A stretch of DNA of 64,000 bases from Eledone cirrhosa (lineage: Eukaryota), in the NCBI GenBank assembly GCA_964016885.1, contig OZ024740.1, positions 418,500,001 through 418,564,000 of the forward strand, given 5' to 3'. Below are positions 55,020-64,000 of this stretch, in pieces. Position 1 is the stretch's first letter. The number at the start of each line of letters is the position of its first letter. The notes under the pieces are model-generated. The model searched no databases and was not told where the DNA came from. It saw nothing but the letters and a program-made list of their open reading frames with translations. The position numbers were made by a program, and so were the translations under genes.

Positions 55020-57797
55020 ATGATAATAATAATAATGGAATTATTGTGTATAGTGCTCAAGAGCACTACAACTCATCAAAGGTGCATGTATAGTATGTAG
55101 AATAATGTACAAATGTCAGAGAAGTGAACAGTGTATAAGTCGTAATATACATGTGTGTATGTGTATGAAGGGAGGGGCGGGGATACAAGGTGTAGTGTTG
55201 GCAAATCTCAGGAAGCATGGAGGTTTTAAAGGATGCAGTGTCTCGACAGCTAACAACTGATGCAGGGAGTTTGTTCCATGGAGGTTTTAAAGGATGCAGT
55301 GTCACGACAGCTAACAACTGATGTAGGTAGTTTGTTCCATGGAGGTTTTAAAGGATGCAGTGTCACGACAGCTAACAACTGATGTAGGTAGTTTGTTCCA
55401 TGGAGGTTTTAAAGGATGCAGTGTCACGACAGCTAACAACTGATGCAGGTAGTTTGTTCCATGGAGGTTTTAAAGGATGCAGTGTCACGACAGCTAACAA
55501 CTGATGCAGGGAGTTTGTTCCATGGAGGTTTTAAAGGATGCAGTGTCACGACAGCTAACAACTGATGCAGGGAGTTTGTTCCATGGAGGTTTTAAAGGAT
55601 GCAGTGTCACGACAGCTAACAACTGATGCAGGTAGTTTGTTCCATGGAGGTTTTAAAGGATGCAGTGTCACGACAGCTAACAACTGAAGCAGAGAGTTTG
55701 TTCCATGGAGGTTTTAAAGGATGCAGTGTCACGACAGCTAACAACTGATGCAGGGAGTTTGTTCCATGGAGGTTTTAAAGGATGCAGTGTCTTGACAGCT
55801 AACAACTGATGCAGGTAGTTTGTTCAATGGAGGTTTTAAATGATGCAGTGTCTTGACAGCTAACAACTGATGCAGGTAGTTTGTTCAATGGAGGTTTTAA
55901 AGGATGCAGTGTCACGACAGCTAACAACTGAAGCAGAGAGTTTGTTCCATGGAGGTTTTAAAGGATGCAGTGTCACGACAGCTAACAACTGATGCAGGGA
56001 GTTTGTTCCATGGAGGTTTTAAAAGATGCAGTGTCACGGCAGCTAACAACTGATGCAGGGAGTTTGTTCCATGGAGGTTTTAAAGGATGCAGTGTCTTGA
56101 CAGCTAACCACTGATGCAGGTAGTTTGTTCCATGGAGGTTTTAAAGGATGCAGTGTCACGACAGCTAACAACTGATGCAGGGAGTTTGTTCCATGGAGGT
56201 TTTAAAGGATGCAGTGTCACGACAGCTAACAACTGATGCAGGGAGTTTGTTCCATGGAGGTTTTAAAGGATGCAGTGTCAGGACAGCTAACAACTGATGC
56301 AGGGAGTTTGTTCCATGGAGGTTTTAAAGGATGCAGTGTCACAACAGCTAACAACTGAAGCAGAGAGTTTGTTCCATGGTGGTTTTAAAGGATGCAGTGT
56401 CTCGACAGCTAACAACTGAAGCAGAGAGTTTGTCCCATGGAGGTTTTAAAGGATGCAGTGTCTTGACAGCTAATAACTGATGCAGGGAGTTTGTTCCCTT
56501 GAGGTTTTAAAGGATGCAGTGTCTCAACAGCTAACAACTGATGCAGGGAATTTGTTCCATGGAGATTTTAAAGGATGCAGTGTCACAACAGCTAACAACT
56601 GATGCAGGTAGTTTGTTCCATGGAGGTTTTAAAGGATGCAGTGTATCGACAGCTAACAACAGATGCAGGTAGTTTGTTCAATGGAGGTTTTAAAGGATGC
56701 AGTATCTCGACAGCTAACAACTGATGCAGGTAGTTTGTTCCATGGAGGTTTTAAAGGATGCAGTGTCTCGATAGTTAACAACTGATGCAGGTAGTTTGTT
56801 CCATGGAGGTTTTAAAGGATGCAGTGTCTCGACAGCTAACAACTGATGCAGGTAGTTTGTTCCATGGAGGTTTTAAATGATGCCGTATCTCGACAGCTAA
56901 CAACTGATGCAGGTAGTTTGTTCCTTGGAGGTTTTAAATGATGCAGCGTCTCGACAGCTAACAACTGATGCAGGTAGTTTGCTCCATGGAGGTTTTAAAT
57001 GATGCCGTATCTCGACAGCTAACAACTGATGCAGGTAGTTTGTTCCATGGAGGTTTTAAATGATGCAGCGTCTCGACAGCTAACAACTGATGCAGGTAGT
57101 TTGTTCCTTGGAGGTTTTAAATGATGCCGTATCTCGACAGCTAACAACTGATGCAGGTAGTTTGTTCCATGGAGGTTTTAAAGGATGCCGTATCTCGACA
57201 GCTAACAACTGATGCAGGTAGTTTGTTCCATGGAGGTTTTAAATGATGCAGTGTCTCGACAGCTAACAACTGATGCAGGTAGTTTGTTCCATGGAGGTTT
57301 TAAAGGATGCAGTGTCTCGACAGCTAACAACTGTGGCAGGGAGTTTGTTCCATGGAGGTTTTAAATGATGCCGTATCTCGACAGCTAACAACTGATGCAG
57401 GTAGTTTGTTCCATGGAGGTTTTAAATGATGCAGTGTCTCGACAGCTAACAACTGATGCAGGGAGTTTGTTCCATGGAGGTTTTAAAGGATGCAGTGTCT
57501 TGGCAGCTAACAACTGATGCAGGTAGTTTGTTCCATGGAGGTTTTAAATGATGCCGTATCTCGACAGCTAACAACTGATGCAGGTAGTTTGTTCCATCGA
57601 GGTTTTAAATGATGCCGTATCTCGACAGCTAACAACTGATGCAGGGAGTTTGTTCCATGGAGGTTTTAAAGGATGCAGTGTCTCGACAGCTAACAACTGA
57701 TGCAGGTAGTTTGTTCTATGATTCAACAACTCTGAGTGTGAAAAAATGTTTTCCGAAAGTCATGGGAGCTGTGCTGTTTTCTGACTTTGTTGGCATA
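55020..57797 (-). mobile_element. CR1 3' fragment expanded by an internal minisatellite
   Basis: 55020-55215 is the tail, 3' UTR and ORF end; 57721-57797 is the upstream ORF2 (HANKVRKQHSSHDFRK..FFTLRV), matching 29113-29185. Confidence 0.9.
55216..57720 (-). repeat. 61-bp minisatellite, 41 copies, CR1-derived
   Basis: Unit CATGGAGGTTTTAAAGGATGCAGTGTCTCGACAGCTAACAACTGATGCAGGTAGTTTGTTC; (57717-55216)/61 = 41. Confidence 0.97.
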
Positions 57798-58194
57798 TAA
57801 TAGTATATTAAATATTTAAATTATACATATATATAAATATAGTAAAAAAATATATATATATATATATTTATTTATACATAGTATATACTATATTTATTAT
57901 ATATAAACTAGCGATTTTATTTACTATATAACATTTACAATTTGCGTAAAGGCAGGTCTCTCTTGAAATAGGGTTGGGGGGCGCTCAGGGTATTACGTGA
58001 CCATGAGAGGGGCGGTGGTCCAAACAGTTTAAGAACCTCTGTGCTATATAATGGGACCAAACCCACGACGAGGGAACAATTAAGCTAATTTTTCCACGAC
58101 ACGGCCAACACCTGCAGCCCTCACGACAAATGCTAACTTTTATTTTCGTGCATGTGTATGACCATGTAAGTATGCATATGAAAGTAAATACATT

Positions 58195-58237
<43 letters not shown>

Positions 58238-58339
58238 CTGTCTATCTGTGTGCGTGTGTGAATCAATGTTTGGGCTAAAAATCTTAAAACACTTCAAACA
58301 CCCCAGTTAACTAGCTCAACATCAGATTCAGCCAAACTC

Positions 58340-58575
58340 ACCTAATTCAGCCAAACCTCTACAATGTTTTATCTAAATCGAGTTATCTGGCTGTCATATT
58401 TCCCGATAAAGAATCAACTCACCCGTAACTACAATACACACGCCTCGGCTAATTATTTTCAATTAACATGTCAGATATTACACTAAATATTCTGTTACTT
58501 CACGGTTAAGCAAACACACCCGAATGAAAATAAACTACGGTTGAATATACTGCTATTACTCAGTGAGATCTTGAG

Positions 58576-58645
<70 letters not shown>

Positions 58646-59060
58646 GGCTGTGGAACCGGGGGGATATCCCCCACCACTAAAAAAAATTATATTTTTCTCC
58701 CCAAACTACCCAAACACATCTATTTGTATATACGCCACTTGGCACAACACAGCAAATAAAATCAACAATTACTAGTCAATCTTCAGCAAGACTATAAAAC
58801 TTGTCATTTGTTATGTTATTTCTTAATACGACTGGAATTCTAGTCTACCCTGAAGTGATCTGTGTTGCACAGAATCTATTTAAAGATCTAACATCTTTAA
58901 ATAACAGCTACACTCAGGATCATAAACGAATATGTTATGTAATCTTGTATATGTACACCATATATCAATTAAGTTTACCAAGGGAAGACTACTGCATTGT
59001 GCAATAAACTACGGAAATATATCTTAAACGACGATGACGTGTCTCGCTCATGGTTCCTTT
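58340..59060 (-). promoter_or_regulatory. Candidate SEC24A/B non-coding first exon and promoter
   Basis: Minus-strand donors CGG|gtgagt (GT at 58421-58422) and TAG|gtgagt (58340-58341), local rise in CpG, and GATGACGTGT at 59033-59042; the ATG exon has an acceptor so an upstream exon must exist somewhere. Confidence 0.35.
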
Positions 59061-59262
59061 GTACAGCTAAGCAAACTGCTCCATTAAATGTCAAGTATTG
59101 TTTGTATTAGTAACAAAAATAGAGAAATCGTTGACCTTTGCTCGATATGTCTTTCCGTATCGACTCGCCCAGATGCGCCTTCTCACACATACAGATACCT
59201 GCCTACATAATACACACGCCGATCGAGGTGTCTTAAGAGTTAAATGCCGAACGAAGGGATGT

Positions 59263-59293
<31 letters not shown>

Positions 59294-59377
59294 AAGTTAT
59301 ATTTAAAATTGTTGGGTTACAACTAGTAAATATTTATAACCGATATAAAAGCACTCGACAAATATTTGGAGTATATT

Positions 59378-59754
59378 TACAATATTAAATAAATGGAAAA
59401 CTATATTTATAAAACCATATTTATTTCATTATATATATTTCGGGGATATCATATTAACAATATGCTATGCCTTCATCAGACAAAATACAATATAAACAGT
59501 TTTATAGATAAATATATTCGACATACCGTAATAAACATCAACTTCATTTGGAGAGGTTTACGCTAGCAGTGTAAACCTCTCCAAATGAAGTTGATGTTTA
59601 TTACGGTATGTCGAATATATTTATCTATAAAACTGTTTATATTGTATTTTGTCTGATGAAGGCATAGCATATTGTTAATATGATATCCCCGAAATATATA
59701 TAATGAAATAAATATGGTTTTATAAATATAGTTTTCCATTTATTTAATATTGTA
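59378..59754. mobile_element. Perfect 184-bp inverted repeat (9-nt spacer), probable Penelope-like inverted pLTR element
   Basis: 59378-59561 is the reverse complement of 59571-59754; one-sided extension about 59288-59377; embedded in (TA)n. Confidence 0.8.
59645..59710 (+). ncRNA. Minimal type I hammerhead ribozyme motif (mirror copy on minus strand at 59422-59487)
   Basis: Stem I TATTTTGT / ATGAAATA (8 bp, 2 G-U), core CTGATGA, stem II containing CATATT-GTT-AATATG closed by GG/CC, GAAA, palindromic stem III ATATATAT, predicted cleavage after A59702. Confidence 0.65.
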
Positions 59755-59866
59755 TATATATATATATATATATCTTCGTTCAGCATTTAACTCTTAAGAC
59801 ACCTCAATCGGCCTGTGTGTATATATATTAGTACAAATTAATGTTTGGTTTTCGTAATCATTATTA

Positions 59867-59923
<57 letters not shown>

Positions 59924-60260
59924 CAAAAGTACCTATAACTATGGCCATAAAAATGTTAATACGAAGCTGAAATATTGATACGCCTACGCGTTACAGTTCG
60001 GGGCATTTGAACTTATATATACTCTAATTCTATCGAAGACAAACTCATGACAACTTTCAGTTAATATGAGATATATTAACAGGTTAACGAGGCTACATAA
60101 TTTAACTGAAGCCACGTTCTAATTAACCAATGCTAATACGTTTGCATGCAACAATACGTATTTAGCATTTAATTCAGTAAATATAGAGCACCTTTGAATT
60201 TTTATTTCAATTAAAAATTAACAACAAAGTGTAATGTCAAGCGACGGTAGATGGCTTACA

Positions 60261-60327
<67 letters not shown>

Positions 60328-60746
60328 ATAATAAATGAGTTTCAGAAGATCCCGTTAAGGGTAAAAGCAGCGATTCTTTGCTTAAACTTTAATCTGTTCT
60401 TATAACACACACACGCTAAAAACTAAAACGGGGAGTACCATGAAAAAAGTACCCGAAAACGGTAAGGAATGAGGCAAAATTTGGAGATTTTACACAATGA
60501 AAGCTATACCCATTTTTACAAGAGAAGACATCTCCCACCCACCTCAAAGTGGGTGGGAGATCTCCCTGTCGGACGGGGAGAGTTGACAGGTCTGTGTATA
60601 TATATACCCCCCCCCCCCCCCCCGGCTTGACCAACACTTTTTACTTTGAATATATCTGCCGTTGGGGTCCTGAACCTTTTCCTATTACCCACTCTACTAC
60701 CCAAAGTATCGAGTACTCTGGTGCGTTATGGTCCACCTGGTTCCTT

Positions 60747-60797
<51 letters not shown>

Positions 60798-61539
60798 TAT
60801 ATTATATTATAGTTATGTTGAGTAATCAGGATATCCAGCTAGTCCAGTTTTATTTATTGCCACTGACTGTCATAACAAAGCAGAAATGTTACAAGCAGCA
60901 ATAAATATATCTCCAGTTAAAAGCCGTTCCTTGTATTGCTGTGTAAAACTTTGTTAAAAAGAAAACTAAAACCGAAATACACAAAACAAGCTAATGTGTG
61001 CGTGGTAGTCTTGCCACGCTGTCACTGACAACTTCAACTAAGCCAGCAACGAGCAGACCTCTATATGGTCGCTCCTGCTGCTAGAAATGGCAGCTAAATC
61101 GCTCAAATTACCATATTAGAGAGACAGAGAGGAGAAAAGGACGGGATGGCCACGGCGGGTATCGATCAAGGCGAAACAATTACTACTACTACAACTACTA
61201 CCACTACCACCACCACCACTACTACTACCAGAACTAAACGAAGCCTCAAAACAACTCAAGCGCTAGTTCAAGGCAAAAAGAAGTGACGACAACAAATATA
61301 ACCCAGGTAAATACATAGTGGCCCGAACTGCTAGAAATAGTAGTCAGATATCCATCAAATCCAACTGCACCATTTAAAAACGAAAAGGAAGGACATCTTA
61401 GATAATGTAGTCGTGGATCGTAGATACCCTTAAAACCTTTTAAACAATGGTGATAGTTATGGTTAGAAAGCTTGTGATCACAGATCTACTACTGATTACA
61501 CGGAAGGGACTATACTTACGAAATTATAAAAGGTGGCAT

Positions 61540-63626
<2,087 letters not shown>

Positions 63627-63627
<1 letters not shown>

Positions 63628-64000
63628 GTGGAGGCACATGGCTTAGTGGTTAGAGCATTGGGCTTGCAATCTAAAGGTTGGGAGTTCAATTCTCAGACCG
63701 GGTGATGTGTTGTTTCCTTGAGCAAGACACTTTATTTCACATTGCTCCAGTTTACTCAGCTGTAGAAATGAGATGATAGGGACTGGGGTCCCTATCATTC
63801 CACTGTAAAGTGGTCGTGGAGGTGCCACGGCAAAAAAGCACTCAGCCCACACTGTAAAGTGGTCGTGGAGGTGCCACGGCAAAAAAAGCACCCAGCACTC
63901 ACTGTAAATGAGGTTGGTGATAGGAAGGGCATCCAGCTGTAGAAATCAAGCCAGAATCAGTTCCCGTCCCACCCTTGCAAGCAGGGAAAAGCAGACGTAA
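63627..64000 (+). mobile_element. Young tRNA-derived CORE-like SINE, tail type A, nearly complete at the window edge
   Basis: A box TGGCTTAGTGG, B box GAGTTCAATTC, CORE-like CCTTGAGCAAGACACTT...CAGTTTACTCAGCTGTAGAAATG, internal tandem CACTGTAAAGTGGTCGTGGAGGTGCCACGGCAAAAAAGCAC, tail CCACCCTTGCAAGCAGGGAAAAGCAGACGTAA. Confidence 0.9.

Noticed and set aside
57960-58041. hAT-like TIR (AGTTTAAGAACCTCTG)
   Set aside because: Only one end visible, with no partner TIR or target-site duplication
63627-63702. tRNA gene (Ala/Cys-like anticodon loop CTTGCAA)
   Set aside because: No proper acceptor stem and it continues into the SINE core; it is a SINE head

Overview
AT-rich eukaryotic (animal) genomic DNA; the long (TA)n tracts, tRNA-derived SINEs and RTE/CR1 LINE fragments suggest an octopod cephalopod (inference, not proven). 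The only host gene is the 5' part of a COPII cargo adaptor SEC24A/B on the minus strand. I traced 10 firm coding exons plus one candidate 123-nt cassette exon from 39267 down to 12408, all GT-AG and phase-consistent (2248 nt, about 749 codons: Pro/Gln-rich N-terminus, zinc finger, start of the trunk domain). The 3' exons lie beyond position 1 and a non-coding first exon/promoter may lie near 58.4-59.1 kb. The introns hold a >=12.2-kb 46-bp satellite with a 5394-bp higher-order duplication, an 8.3-kb G-rich 40-bp satellite, several minisatellites, RTE/CR1/HERO-like LINE relics, two SINE families, a non-autonomous Helitron and a TA-flanked MITE. Most notable observations: (1) fold-back elements sitting in TA microsatellites, one with perfect 184-bp arms that each carry a minimal type I hammerhead ribozyme motif (Penelope-like); (2) two independent minisatellites amplified from the same inverted-repeat-bounded segment of a CR1 LINE; (3) one SINE head/core carrying two alternative 3' tails that match two RTE LINEs present in the window; (4) a candidate RBFOX/MBNL-regulated SEC24 cassette exon. 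Most ORFs in the supplied track are repeat artefacts.
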